A program made the translations under genes and the position numbers. The notes under the pieces are model-generated. The model was not told the origin of the DNA. It did not search any database and saw only the letters and a program-made list of their open reading frames with translations. Shown here one piece after another: positions 30,723 through 41,221 of a DNA stretch of 64,000 nucleotides; positions within the stretch are counted from its first letter, which is position 1; each line of letters starts with the position of its first letter. The stretch is from an uncultured Acidimicrobiales bacterium (GTDB lineage Bacteria > Actinomycetota > Acidimicrobiia > Acidimicrobiales > UBA10347): positions 124,001-188,000 of the forward strand of contig CALSSD010000008.1 of assembly GCA_943788915.1 (NCBI GenBank), read 5' to 3'.

Positions 30723-31472
30723 TTAGCTAATCCCGGCAGCCTTCACCGCAGCGATTGATGCCGCAGCGAACTCGGGCCGGCAGATGAGCAGATCCGGCAA
30801 ATAGGGATCCTGGTTGTTGTAGACCAGTGGCGAACCGTCGATGCGACTCGCATGCATACCTGCCGCCAAGGCAACAGCCACGGGAGCGCAGGAGTCCCAC
30901 TCGAACTGACCACCGGTATGGGCGTAGATATCAGCCTCGCCGCACACGACTGCCATTGCTTTGGCCCCGGCGGATCCCATGAAGAGCATTTCCCCTCCGA
31001 GTGCTTCGGCCACAGCTTCTGCCGCAGGTCCGGGGCGACTTCGACTGGCGATCACCCGTGGAGCTCCGCCCCATGGTTCCGGCATCGCCAGGCCGCTGCC
31101 TGTGGCCAACGTCGTCTGCAGCGCAGGCAGCGCAACAGCCCCGGCAATGGGCTGGCCTTGTTGCACCAGAGCAACATGTACTGCCCAGTCGGTGCGGGGG
31201 ATCTCGCCAAACTCTCGGGTGCCGTCGAGTGGGTCAATGATCCAGACGCGGTCAGCGCTCAGTCGGACTGCGGTGTCCTGGCCCTCTTCCGACAAGATGG
31301 CATCGTTGGGGCGGGCTGCTTGCAGCTCGTGCATGAGCAGGTTGTGGCTGCGGCGATCACCCTCGTCTTTGCGAAGTGCGACGTCGGCTTCAGAGAGTTC
31401 GGCCCGCACCGCAATGAGCAACTCGCCTGCCTGCTCCGCGAGTTCGGCAGCCAGGTCATGATCATTCTTCAC
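30723..31472 (-). CDS. cysQ: 3'(2'),5'-bisphosphate nucleotidase
   Basis: ILSEE, WIIDPLDGTREF, MGSAGAK, EWDSCAP. Confidence 0.93.
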   Translation of the reverse strand: MKNDHDLAAELAEQAGELLIAVRAELSEADVALRKDEGDRRSHNLLMHELQAARPNDAILSEEGQDTAVRLSADRVWIIDPLDGTREFGEIPRTDWAVHVALVQQGQPIAGAVALPALQTTLATGSGLAMPEPWGGAPRVIASRSRPGPAAEAVAEALGGEMLFMGSAGAKAMAVVCGEADIYAHTGGQFEWDSCAPVAVALAAGMHASRIDGSPLVYNNQDPYLPDLLICRPEFAAASIAAVKAAGIS

Positions 31473-31615
31473 AACTGGCGAGGTTAGCCCGCTGGGATAT
31501 GCGGAGGAGGTGACGCTGACCACAGCCATCTCGCAGGTTTCGGTGCACCAGCGACATGATGGCGGGATTGTTCGAATCTGCGGGGCGAGATGCCATTGGA
31601 GATTACGCTTGGCGC

Positions 31616-32758
31616 ATGGCAAACATCGGCATCGCAGGCGCCGGATTCTCGGGGGCAGTGATCGCCCGAGAGTTGGCCGAAGCCGGGCACACGTGTCAGG
31701 TGTTCGACACCCGCGATCATGTTGGCGGAAACTGCTACACCGAACGCCACGAGACTGGTGTGCTCGTCCATCGTTACGGTCCGCACATCTTCCATACCGA
31801 CAACGAACGGGTGTGGGAGTACATCAATCGGTTCGGCGAGATGGTGCCGTACAACCACAAGGTGAAGACAACCGTCGAAGGCACCGTCTTCAGCCTTCCG
31901 GTCAATCTCCACACGATCAATCAGGTCTATGGCACAGCCATGTCGCCGTCTGAGGCCCATCGCTTCATCACCGAGACCGAAGCGATCGAACTCGATCACG
32001 AGCCAGAGAACTTCGAAGAACAAGCGCTGACCATGATCGGGCGTCGTCTCTATGAACTCTTCTTCGAGGGTTACACCCGCAAGCAATGGGGCGTGTCGCC
32101 CACGTCGTTGCCAGCGTCAATTCTGAAGCGTTTGCCACTGCGGTTCAACTATGAAGACTCGTACTTCAATCATCCGCACCAGGCCATTCCGGCCGAGGGC
32201 TACACGCCGATCGTCGAAGCCATCCTTGAACACCCTGGGATCACAGTCACCTTGGAAACCGCACTTGCGTCTGCCTCTGCGAGTGACTACGACCATGTGA
32301 TCTGGACAGGCCCGCTCGATGCCTACTTTGGCTATGACCTCGGCCGGCTCGGGTACCGAACCCTCGACTTCGAAGAGTTCGTCGCCGACGGTGACTTCCA
32401 AGGAACGCCGGTGATGAACTACGGCGACGAAGAAGTGCCCCACACCCGCATCACCGAACACAAACACTTTGCGCCTGCCGAGACCCACGAACAGACAGTG
32501 TGTTTTCGCGAATTCAGCCGCGAGCATCAACCCGAAGACATCCCCTATTACCCCGTGCGCCTGGTGGATGACAAAGACCTGCTCGACCAATACGAGGCGC
32601 GGGCTGCAGCCACATCAGGTGTCACCTTCGTTGGCCGCCTTGGTACCTACCGCTATCTCGACATGGATGTCACGATCGCCGAAGCACTCGCCGTGGCCGA
32701 TGCCATGAAACGCTCCCTTGACGATGGTGAGCCGGTCAAACCTGCGCCGCCCGGGTAG
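31616..32758 (+). CDS. glf: UDP-galactopyranose mutase
   Basis: GAGFSG, HRYGPHIFHT, YTRKQWG, PYYP, GRLGTYRYLDMD. Confidence 0.96.
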   Translation: MANIGIAGAGFSGAVIARELAEAGHTCQVFDTRDHVGGNCYTERHETGVLVHRYGPHIFHTDNERVWEYINRFGEMVPYNHKVKTTVEGTVFSLPVNLHTINQVYGTAMSPSEAHRFITETEAIELDHEPENFEEQALTMIGRRLYELFFEGYTRKQWGVSPTSLPASILKRLPLRFNYEDSYFNHPHQAIPAEGYTPIVEAILEHPGITVTLETALASASASDYDHVIWTGPLDAYFGYDLGRLGYRTLDFEEFVADGDFQGTPVMNYGDEEVPHTRITEHKHFAPAETHEQTVCFREFSREHQPEDIPYYPVRLVDDKDLLDQYEARAAATSGVTFVGRLGTYRYLDMDVTIAEALAVADAMKRSLDDGEPVKPAPPG

Positions 32759-32776
32759 CACCAAATTGATTACGTC

Positions 32777-33125
32777 GTGAAGATTCTTGTTGCGGGCGCA
32801 GCCGGCCAGCTCGGCACCGACCTCGTTCGGCTAGGTGGAGATGATGGCCACGAGATGATCGGGCTTGACCAAAGACCGCTCGAGATTGCAAGTGCTGATG
32901 CGATCAACACCGCGGTTGGGGCCCACGCCCCCGACCTTGTGGTCAATTGCGCAGCATGGACCGCTATGGACCTGTGCGAAGACGACCCTGACCGTGCTGA
33001 ACTCCTCAACGGCACAGCTTTTCGATACCTCGCTGGAGCACCGGAACAACATGGTGCTCACTTGGTAGAGGGTCGGCATGTACACGTTCCTGGCCAGACG
33101 TTCAACGCTGGCTCAATCACCGAAC
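32777..33125 (+). pseudogene. rfbD: Truncated dTDP-4-dehydrorhamnose reductase
   Basis: MKILVAGAAGQLG and VNCAAWT present; similarity ends after GAHLV (no STDYVF); abuts IS3. Confidence 0.85.
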
Positions 33126-34397
33126 TGGAGCTAACCCGTTCTCGTTGACAGGTTTGGGTTACGCGGCTTGAGCCACGACTTGGTGATCTAGTTCGTAGTT
33201 GATGGGTGATTGCATTTGCAAGGCGCTGTGTCGGCGTCGGTGGTTGTACCAGTCGAGGTAGCGCATGATTTCGTAGCGGGCGTCGGTGTGTCCGCGGAAT
33301 CGGTTCTGATAGAGCAGCTCGGTTTCGAGGCTGGCGAAGAATGATTCGGCCATTGCGTTGTCGTAACAATCCCCGACTGATCCCATCGACAAATCGATGC
33401 CGACCTGACGGCATCGACGGCCGAAATCGATCGAGGTGTATTGGGTGCCCTGGTCCGAATGATGGATCAGACCAGGCGCTGGTTTGCGTTGTTCAACAGC
33501 CATGTCGATCGCGTCGACGATCAGCTGGTGCGCATGTGGTTCGCGTAGGACCAACCAACAATGCGACGTGAGAACACGTCGAGCACGGTGGCAAGATAGC
33601 CGAAGCCAGCCAGCGTTGGCACGTATGTGATGTCCGCGACCCAAAGCTCGTTCGGGGCGGCAGCGGTGAAGTCACGTTTCACCCGATCAGGTGCTGGCGC
33701 AGCCGATGAATCTCGTTTGGTTGTCCACACCTTCTTTCGGCGGTGACAGCCCACAAGCCCGGCGTCACGCATCAAACGGGCGACGCGCTTGCGGCCACAA
33801 CGAATGTTGTAGTCATCGGCAAGCTCCGCGTGAATCCTCGGCGCTCCATAAGTTGACCTGGACTCGGTGTGGATGCGTTTGATGACAGCGGTGTACGCCG
33901 CGTCGACGATGCGACGCTGGCAAGGCGGGCGTTTGCGCCAGGCGTAATAGCCCTGACGCGTCACGCCCAGCCGTTCGCACATGAACTTGATTGAGAAGTC
34001 GGCCTTCTCCGCGTGAATGAACTCGAACACCGCTACCGGGTCGGGTTGTTCTTCGCCGCAAAGAAGGCCGCTGCTTTTTCCAGCAGGTCCTTTTCCATCT
34101 TCAAAATCCGGTTCTCCGCACGCAGGCGTTTCAACTCGGCTTTCTCATCGGTGCTGAGACCATCACGATCTCCGTTATCGATCTCGGCCTGGGCGACCCA
34201 CGACGCAATCGACTGACCTGTCGGCTCGAACTCCTTAGCCAGCGAGGCAGGCGTTCGGCCCTCCTCGCGGACCAGACGAACCAGCTCCGCTTTGTACTCA
34301 GCCGGATAGGCCGCACGTGTTCTCGGCATCTTGACTCCTCGCTAGATCCATTCAAGGACCTCAGCGCTCAGGTGTCAACGAAACCGGGGTTGCTCCA
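33126..34397 (-). mobile_element. IS3-family insertion sequence (1272 bp)
   Basis: Imperfect IRs TGGAGCTAACCCGTTCTCGTTGACA and TGGAGCAACCCCGGTTTCGTTGACA; orfA 34033-34329; orfB 33159-34030 with WVADITY, HHSDQGTQY, DNAMAESF and a frameshift near 33530. Confidence 0.96.
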
Positions 34398-34444
34398 CAT
34401 ATACGTTCGCGAGATTGCTACGTGCTTTTCGCGTTCAGTGGCGG

Positions 34445-35369
34445 CTACAAAACTGGTGACCGGCCCCGCTTCGACAACAACCAAGCCGTCCGCCAACTCA
34501 TCGGTTCCCGTGGGTCTGGAGGCCGCCTGAACCCGGCTCTGATACCAATGCCGACCTGCATTACTTCAGAGGCCCGTCGACACCGACCTACATAACGAGC
34601 CAAGGTTATCGCTACTGAAACCGGTACGAGAATCGCTGGTAGCGCCATCCGTGCAATCCACACCTTGTTGCGCGCTCCAACACGCAAAGCGGTTGGATGT
34701 CGACCCTCGGAAGTCGACGGATGTTCAACTACACAGCTGTCGTCGTACGCGACTTCCCAACCTGCATCGAGCAGCCTCCAACTTAGGTACGTCTCCTCAT
34801 GTTTAAAGAATATTTCATCGCAGTAGCCACCGACTTCAAGGAATGCTCGGCGGCGGATCGCATGGCCACCGCAGGGAAAGGTGACACTGAGGCTAAGGGC
34901 CATCTGATTCTGGCCACGATTTCGCCGGTGTCCAGCGGCGCATTGGTGCACCGCCTCCCGTTGACTGAACACGAAATCCCAGAACACCAAGCTCCGGACG
35001 CTGCTGAAATCGCTCGACAACCCTCGTGAGTAAGTCATCCGAGACCAATGCACAATCATCATCGAGATAAACGACCACGTCAGCAGTGCACGAGGTCGCG
35101 CCCAGAGATCTACCTGCGGGCACCCCGATATTTTCGGGGAGTACCGTCTCTGACCAACCCTTTAGTTGGACTGAAGCACCGCCATTGACGATAAGCAACC
35201 GTTCAACCGCCTGTTGATCGTCGAGCGATTTCGCCAATGCCCGTAGTTGAGCATCGCGGTTGCCGGTTGTCAGAACAACCACGGCGACGGTGAGATTGCC
35301 CGATAGAGACCTCGCTTCGCTCGTCTGCTTGCCACTGGCCCTAGTCCGCGTCGGCTTTTTGGTGCTCAC
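34445..35369 (-). CDS. GT2 glycosyltransferase; frameshift near 34900, possibly a pseudogene
   Basis: ENIGVPAGR and YLDDD in one frame; GGYCDEIFFKHEE in another. Confidence 0.8.
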
Positions 35370-35619
35370 ATCACGACGCTAGCGCTAGGGCAAAATCTGG
35401 GCTCATCACAGCGAAAACAGTAACTGACCCTCATCGACAAGGTTCGGATGCGAGTTAATCCAACATTGCATGATTTCCGGCATGTCGAACCGTGATACTC
35501 GCCGAGCCACGACTCGACGGGTGCCCACCCGAAAGACCCGAACTGCTGCCCCATCATCCAAATGCGACTGTTACCGCCCCTACTGTTGGCACCATCACCT
35601 GACATAGGAGGCATGCCAC

Positions 35620-36294
35620 ATGGGCGTGTTCGATTTCATCAAGGACAATGGGTCAAAGATCCTCAAGGGAAGCCGCGAGGAAAAAATGGAGGCCGCTCGC
35701 GAAGCAGCGAACACGGCAAAGGCCAAGGCCCGCGAGCAGGCCGACAGCGGCGGTCTCGCCGCCAAGGCACGAGAAGCAGCCGACAAGGCCCGCGAGGTGG
35801 CACACGACGCCCGCGAGAAGGCAGCCGAACAAGCTGCTGAAGCCAAAGAGAAGGCAGCCGAACTCAAAGAGGCCGCAAAAGAGAAACGGGCCACCGCTCG
35901 CGATGCGTTCCTAGAGCGTCGTGCCGAGGCAAAGAAGGCCGATGAACTCGAGGAATACCTCGAGGCCCTGGGCATGGGTGGCGACATCGACGTGCGTTTC
36001 GACGACGGCGTGGTCTACCTCGAAGGTTCTGTTCCTGACCAGGAAACACTCGAGCGAGTTGTCCTCGCCGTTGGCAATGTCGAGGGTGTCGAGAAGGTCG
36101 ACGAAGACCTCGATGTCGAAGCGCCTGCCAATGCCGCCAAGATGTACACCGTCAAGTCTGGCGACACGCTCAGCGCTATTGCCAAGAACTTCTACGGCGA
36201 CGCCAACCGCTACAACGAGATCTTCGAGGCCAACCGCCCGATGCTGAGCGACCCGAACATGATCTACCCAGGCCAGGTGCTTCGCATCCCCTAA
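35620..36294 (+). CDS. BON-LysM protein (Kbp/YgaU-like) with an Ala/Lys/Glu-rich helical insert
   Basis: MGVFDFIKDNG, BON motif VLAVGNVEGV, LysM YTVKSGDTLSAIA...IYPGQVLRIP; GGAGG RBS. Confidence 0.9.
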   Translation: MGVFDFIKDNGSKILKGSREEKMEAAREAANTAKAKAREQADSGGLAAKAREAADKAREVAHDAREKAAEQAAEAKEKAAELKEAAKEKRATARDAFLERRAEAKKADELEEYLEALGMGGDIDVRFDDGVVYLEGSVPDQETLERVVLAVGNVEGVEKVDEDLDVEAPANAAKMYTVKSGDTLSAIAKNFYGDANRYNEIFEANRPMLSDPNMIYPGQVLRIP

Positions 36295-36319
36295 GCCTGT
36301 TCACAACTGAACACTTTCG

Positions 36320-36361
36320 ACGAGATGATCTCGGGCCTCGCCCGGGGTCATCTCTCGTTTT
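36320..36361 (+). terminator. Intrinsic terminator
   Basis: gagatgatctcgggc/gcccggggtcatctc stem followed by a T run. Confidence 0.65.
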
Positions 36362-36582
36362 GCGGGCTATCGGGCTCGCCAAACTGTTAGCCCAGAACGT
36401 CACCACTGATGTTCTCGGCCCACAGTTCGATGAGGAGCGCAGTCACCAATCCCATCTAGCCACGCACACCGTGGATGGTCCCCGATGGACCTGTCCCATC
36501 GCGCGATGGTGGGCGCAGCGGTCGCCCACTGCCAAATAACCCAGCGGTAAGGACTACTGAAGTCCCCCGAACCCTCGAGGCT

Positions 36583-37185
36583 TCAAATGGCTTTTGCGTT
36601 GCGGATGTCGTCGCCGTGGGCGTCGAACAAGGCCTTCTTTACGGCTGCGAGATCGGTTACGCCGACGGCTGCTGCCCCTTGGATGATCGCCAGTTGCACG
36701 ATGTGTGTTTTGTCTGACGACAGCAGTTTCCACGCCGCGGTTGCAGCTGCAGCAATGCCGCTCGCCGTATTGATCTGGGCGTCGACTGCCTTGGACATAC
36801 GCATGGTGTACTTCGAACGCGCCGGGGCGGCTGCGGCCCGTTCTGGCGCGTAGTCGCCGTCGCTGGCTCCACCCCACGCCCATCCGTAGTTCTTCACCCA
36901 ACTGGCCACCGTTAGGTGGTGCATTGGTGCATCGTCGTCGGCCGTAAACCCTTGTGTGGCCAGAAGTTTCGCGATCTCTTGGAACGTCAACCCTTCGGCT
37001 GAGGCGTACAACTGCTTAGCCCGACGCTGGACATCGGATGCAGGTTCTAAGTCCAAGGTACGGGCAACATGAGTGACACCACGATTGTCGAGTTCGGCGA
37101 ACTTAACAATCTCTTTTATGGTTTTACCTGCTTGTAGAAGCATGGTTACTGCTGCAGCTTGGTCGTCGCGTAAGTCATTTGACAC
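36583..37185 (-). CDS. Hypothetical protein with HTH-like segments
   Basis: AKQLYASAEGLTFQEIAKLL...HLTVASWVKNYGW; start uncertain. Confidence 0.7.
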   Translation of the reverse strand: MSNDLRDDQAAAVTMLLQAGKTIKEIVKFAELDNRGVTHVARTLDLEPASDVQRRAKQLYASAEGLTFQEIAKLLATQGFTADDDAPMHHLTVASWVKNYGWAWGGASDGDYAPERAAAAPARSKYTMRMSKAVDAQINTASGIAAAATAAWKLLSSDKTHIVQLAIIQGAAAVGVTDLAAVKKALFDAHGDDIRNAKAI

Positions 37186-37244
37186 GCCCAGTAACGTAGC
37201 AAAACAAGGAAGCAACACGTCGGATTGACGTCAGGGTTACGCGT

Positions 37245-37399
37245 TCTTCCACAGGTGAGGGCCTACCTGTGCACAACTTGACCCACCCTGTGAGTTACGA
37301 AAAATGATCCCGTAGCCAAATCACTCGTACTACAACAAAACCCGAGTCTGGGTACTGTTTTAGCTGCACTGTGGAAAACCTAAGCCGAACTGTGGAAAA
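37245..37399. promoter_or_regulatory. Cluster of DnaA-box-like 9-mers
   Basis: TCTTCCACA 37245, TGTGCACAA 37268, TGTGGAAAA 37370 and 37391. Confidence 0.55.
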
Positions 37400-37415
37400 C
37401 AGAAGGCTCTCTGTC

Positions 37416-38459
37416 TCAAACCAGAGAGTCAAGCCTCTCAAACAGACGACCCGCGGCTTCGGCGGACTTCGCTCGGATCTCGTCGCCGTCGACCTTCGTC
37501 GGAGCGCCGTTCGCCCACAGCGTCTTGCCATCGACGACGACCTCGGTTGGTGACGTCCCCGGCGAGTAGGCAAGCCGCCAGGGATCCATTGGCTCATAGT
37601 CCCACGTGACAACGTCGGAGCGGGCCTCGGGCATGAGCGCCCAACCCGGTTCGAACCATTCCCACACCTGATCGGGCGTCGAGGTGACATCGCTAGCTCG
37701 GGCCGCGACGAAGGCAATACGAAACTCTTCGAGCATGTCAGCACCAATGCCATCGGTGCCGAGCGCAACCGGATTCAGGAATCGCTGCGGCTGGGCGTAC
37801 GCAACCGAGTTGTTCATATTCGAACGAGGATTGTGCACGATCGTGCCGAACAGACCATGGTCATCGGGCAGGTACACACCGTGCACCAGCCACCAGTCGG
37901 TGCGGGTGTATTCAAGCAAGCGTTGCCAGGTGTCTTCGCGGCCTTCGGCAACATGCACGTGCACACCAACCTCGTGGTCGGCGGCGAGTTGCGCAGCGGC
38001 AGCGATCGTGTCATCGGAGCAGGTGAAGGCTGCATGCAGCCCGACCATGCCCCGGCCGCCTTCACGAAGGAAACGGTCATTCTCGGCCAGGCCTCTGGCT
38101 GCGCCTTCGGGTCCGTGGCGATCGGTGATGCCATAGGAACAATTCACCCGCACACCAACTTCGGCACACGCCTGAGCGATGATGCTGAGCGACCCATCGA
38201 TTGCATTCGGAGATTCGTGATGGTCGATGATCGCGGTACATCCGCGTTGGAGCGCTTCGAGCGCGCCAAGTTTGGCCGACCAGTAAATCGTGTCTTCGTC
38301 GAGCGCACGGTCGAGACGCCACCACACCAACTCGAGGATTTCCATGAATCCCGTCGGCGTGCGGGGCGGGGCTGGCATACCTCGGGCCAAGGCCGAGTAC
38401 AGATGGTGGTGGGCACACACCAGACCAGGTGTCTGGTTGGGAGCGAGAGGCTGGCTCAC
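37416..38459 (-). CDS. ssnA: SsnA-like metal-dependent amidohydrolase
   Basis: PGLVCAHHHLYSALARGMP, IIDHHESP, GLHAAFTCSD, HVHVAE, NPRSNMNN, LGTDG; GTGA overlap with xdh. Confidence 0.85.
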   Translation of the reverse strand: MSQPLAPNQTPGLVCAHHHLYSALARGMPAPPRTPTGFMEILELVWWRLDRALDEDTIYWSAKLGALEALQRGCTAIIDHHESPNAIDGSLSIIAQACAEVGVRVNCSYGITDRHGPEGAARGLAENDRFLREGGRGMVGLHAAFTCSDDTIAAAAQLAADHEVGVHVHVAEGREDTWQRLLEYTRTDWWLVHGVYLPDDHGLFGTIVHNPRSNMNNSVAYAQPQRFLNPVALGTDGIGADMLEEFRIAFVAARASDVTSTPDQVWEWFEPGWALMPEARSDVVTWDYEPMDPWRLAYSPGTSPTEVVVDGKTLWANGAPTKVDGDEIRAKSAEAAGRLFERLDSLV

Positions 38460-41110
38460 GAAAGTTGACCGACCCAACCAGACGACCGTTCACGATTGGC
38501 TTCGTTCACGAGTGGAAGCTCGGTGCGCCACTGGCCATCGTTGGCGTGCATGGCTGCAGCCACCGCACCAGCGGTGGGCACCAAGCCGATTTCACCGACG
38601 CCCTTGATGCCGTACGGTGAGTTCGGTTCGGCTGCTTCGACCAGGATCACATCGACGTCGGGCATGTCTTTGGGACGAATGATGTCCAGACTGCGCAGTG
38701 TCTCGTTCAGCGGTCGACCATCGGCATCACACGGGAATCCTTCGGACAAGGCATAGCCCAGTCCCATATGGACGGCACCTTCGACTTGGCCTTCGCACAG
38801 AAGCGGGTTGACTGCACGTCCAACATCGTGGGCTGCAACCACCTTGGTCACGGCACCGGAGTCTGGGTCGAGGATGACCATCTGCGCGGCGTAGCCGAAG
38901 GTGGAATGGATGACTGGGTTCTCAAGACCCTCGCTCAGCGAGTTCGTCCAGTCGACTCGATACTCACCCTGGTAGTCGACGCCGATCTTGCAACCGTCGG
39001 CGATAGCGATCTTGCAGGCATCGGCGACCGAACCAGCACCCATGAGCGTGCCTCGGCTGCCGGTGGTCTGGCCAGCACCGAGTTCGCGGGTGGAATCGAC
39101 GATGACTTCGATGCGCTCAGGTTCGACACCGAGTTCTTCGACCGCGACCTGGAGCGCAACCGTGTGCACGCCCTGGCCCATCTCGGTCCAGCAGTGCCGC
39201 ACCTCGATCTGACCGTCGGGGCGGAAGTGCACGACCGCATTTGCGATCTCTTTGAACCCGTTGCCGAGCCCGGAGTTCTTCAAGCCGAGCGCAACACCCA
39301 CCGGTTGACCTGCGGCAACGGCCGCTTCGTACGCGGGGCGAACCGCGTCGAGACACTCGCCTGCACCAAGACAACCGTCGTCCATGATCTGGCCAGGACC
39401 CCACACCACGCCGGGTGTGATCACGTTGCGATGGCGGATCTCCCACCCACTGATGCCAGCCATTTCGGCCAGCCGATCCATGACACCTTCCATGGCGAAC
39501 TGCGCCTGATTGGCACCGAAGCCACGGAACGCGCCACATACCGAATTGTTTGTGCGGGCAGCAATGGCGTGCACGTCGATGTTGTCGATCACATACGGGC
39601 CACAGGCATGACCGGCTGCTCGTTCGAGCACCTTCATACCGACCGATGCATACGGACCAGAGTCGCCGACCATACGCACCCGAAGGCCGACGAGTTTGCC
39701 GTCGGCATCACAGCCGGCTTCGTATGCCATACGAATGGGGTGACGTTTGGTGTGCACCAGGAACGATTCTTCGCGGCTAAACGTGGTCTTGACCGGACGT
39801 TGCAGCAACCATGCGGCAAGCGCGGTCTGACCCTGGTTCGACATGTCTTCTTTGCCGCCAAACGCGCCGCCATTGCTGACGAGTTCGGTGACGATGCGAT
39901 CGGTGTCGACCGCAAGGATGCGGGCAATATCGTTACGGTCGTCCCAGATGCCTTGACCGCCGGAGTAGACCATGAGCCGATCGAAGTCGACGGCCTGGCC
40001 CGCGGTATCACCATTGGTGAGCGGCAGCGGTTCGCCTGCAGGCACCGGGACTGCCAGGGTCGATTCGGGCTCCAGGAATGCATGGTCAATACGTTGCGTC
40101 TGGAACGTCTCACGCACCACGTGGGTCGCTCCGGCCAAACCGTTCTCGGCGTCGCCCCGGGCGTAGGTCGATGTCGACAACACATTGCCATCGAGTTCCC
40201 ACACCGCGTCTTCGGTGGAAGCAATCGCCTCGATCGGATTCACGATCGGCGCGTGCACGTCGTACTGAACCTCGACGAGCGTGGCCGCGTGGCGAGCGGT
40301 GTTGCGATCTTCGGCCACAACCATGGCGATCACGTCGCCCAAATAACTGGTGCGGCCGCCGACCGGGATGAAGACCGGCCAGTCCTTATGGATGAGACCA
40401 TGGCGCAATTCACCAGGCACATCGGCACCGGTGAAGACCCGCACCACACCTGGCACAGCTTCGGCAGCAGCGGTGTCGATGGCGACGATGTCGGCTCGGG
40501 CATGGTCGGCCAGCTTGAACGCGCCGTGTGCGAGATCGACAGGAACCATGTCGTCGATAAACGGACGGTCACCAAGCGCCAGCGCATGCGCTTCGTATTT
40601 GATCCCGCGACTACCGACACCACGGGGTTGCACCGCAACGGGCACTTCGTCGGCTGCCAGCGCCTCGACCGCGTCGAGAATCTTGGTGTAGCCCGTGCAA
40701 CGGCACAAGTTGCCGCCCATGAGCCTGGCTGCCTTGTCACGGGTCAGGCCGGCACCACTTGCCGCGGCCTTGTCGAGCATCGACTTGGTACGCATGAGAA
40801 TCCCAGGCGTGCAAAAACCACATTGCAGCGCACCAAATGCAGCGAAGGCATCGGCCATACGTTGCCGCTGATCGGGCTCGATGCCTTCGAGCGTGACAAC
40901 GGTTGCGCCTTCGGTCTTGTCGAGTGATGTCTGGCACGCAACGCGCGCCTTCCCATCGACGAGCACCGTGCAGCAGCCACACTGTCCGGTCGGCGAACAG
41001 CCATCCTTTGGCGAGAACACACCGAGCTCGTCGCGCAACGCGCCGAGGAGATGCTCATGGCTCCCGTCGATGGATGCCGGCGCGCCGTTCAGGGTGAAGT
41101 CAGTGCTCAT
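38456..41110 (-). CDS. Xanthine dehydrogenase-type molybdenum hydroxylase: Fe-S plus Moco domains, no FAD domain (Se-dependent XDH-like)
   Basis: GCSPTGQCGCC, QCGFC, NLCRCTGY, GGAFGGKED, AFRGFG, TTGSR, KGVGE. Confidence 0.9.
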   Translation of the reverse strand: MSTDFTLNGAPASIDGSHEHLLGALRDELGVFSPKDGCSPTGQCGCCTVLVDGKARVACQTSLDKTEGATVVTLEGIEPDQRQRMADAFAAFGALQCGFCTPGILMRTKSMLDKAAASGAGLTRDKAARLMGGNLCRCTGYTKILDAVEALAADEVPVAVQPRGVGSRGIKYEAHALALGDRPFIDDMVPVDLAHGAFKLADHARADIVAIDTAAAEAVPGVVRVFTGADVPGELRHGLIHKDWPVFIPVGGRTSYLGDVIAMVVAEDRNTARHAATLVEVQYDVHAPIVNPIEAIASTEDAVWELDGNVLSTSTYARGDAENGLAGATHVVRETFQTQRIDHAFLEPESTLAVPVPAGEPLPLTNGDTAGQAVDFDRLMVYSGGQGIWDDRNDIARILAVDTDRIVTELVSNGGAFGGKEDMSNQGQTALAAWLLQRPVKTTFSREESFLVHTKRHPIRMAYEAGCDADGKLVGLRVRMVGDSGPYASVGMKVLERAAGHACGPYVIDNIDVHAIAARTNNSVCGAFRGFGANQAQFAMEGVMDRLAEMAGISGWEIRHRNVITPGVVWGPGQIMDDGCLGAGECLDAVRPAYEAAVAAGQPVGVALGLKNSGLGNGFKEIANAVVHFRPDGQIEVRHCWTEMGQGVHTVALQVAVEELGVEPERIEVIVDSTRELGAGQTTGSRGTLMGAGSVADACKIAIADGCKIGVDYQGEYRVDWTNSLSEGLENPVIHSTFGYAAQMVILDPDSGAVTKVVAAHDVGRAVNPLLCEGQVEGAVHMGLGYALSEGFPCDADGRPLNETLRSLDIIRPKDMPDVDVILVEAAEPNSPYGIKGVGEIGLVPTAGAVAAAMHANDGQWRTELPLVNEANRERSSGWVGQLS

Positions 41111-41221
41111 GATGCGATCACCTCGTTACTTTACAAAATGTTAAGTCGCGCGTGTTGATCGAGCACTCGCACACCAAAACAAACGTTGGCAACTAACGAA
41201 CCCGTGCCAGGCACCTGTGCG

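Noticed and set aside
37245..37399. Chromosomal oriC
   Set aside because: Too few boxes, and no dnaA, dnaN or rpmH nearby.
38768..40927. 719-aa plus-strand ORF and similar long antisense ORFs (41510-42739, 42990-43925)
   Set aside because: They shadow well-supported genes on the opposite strand, as expected from GC-rich codon bias, and carry no recognisable motifs.
41121..41145. GlnR box upstream of xdh
   Set aside because: AT-rich and partly palindromic, but it does not fit the AC-N9-AC spacing.
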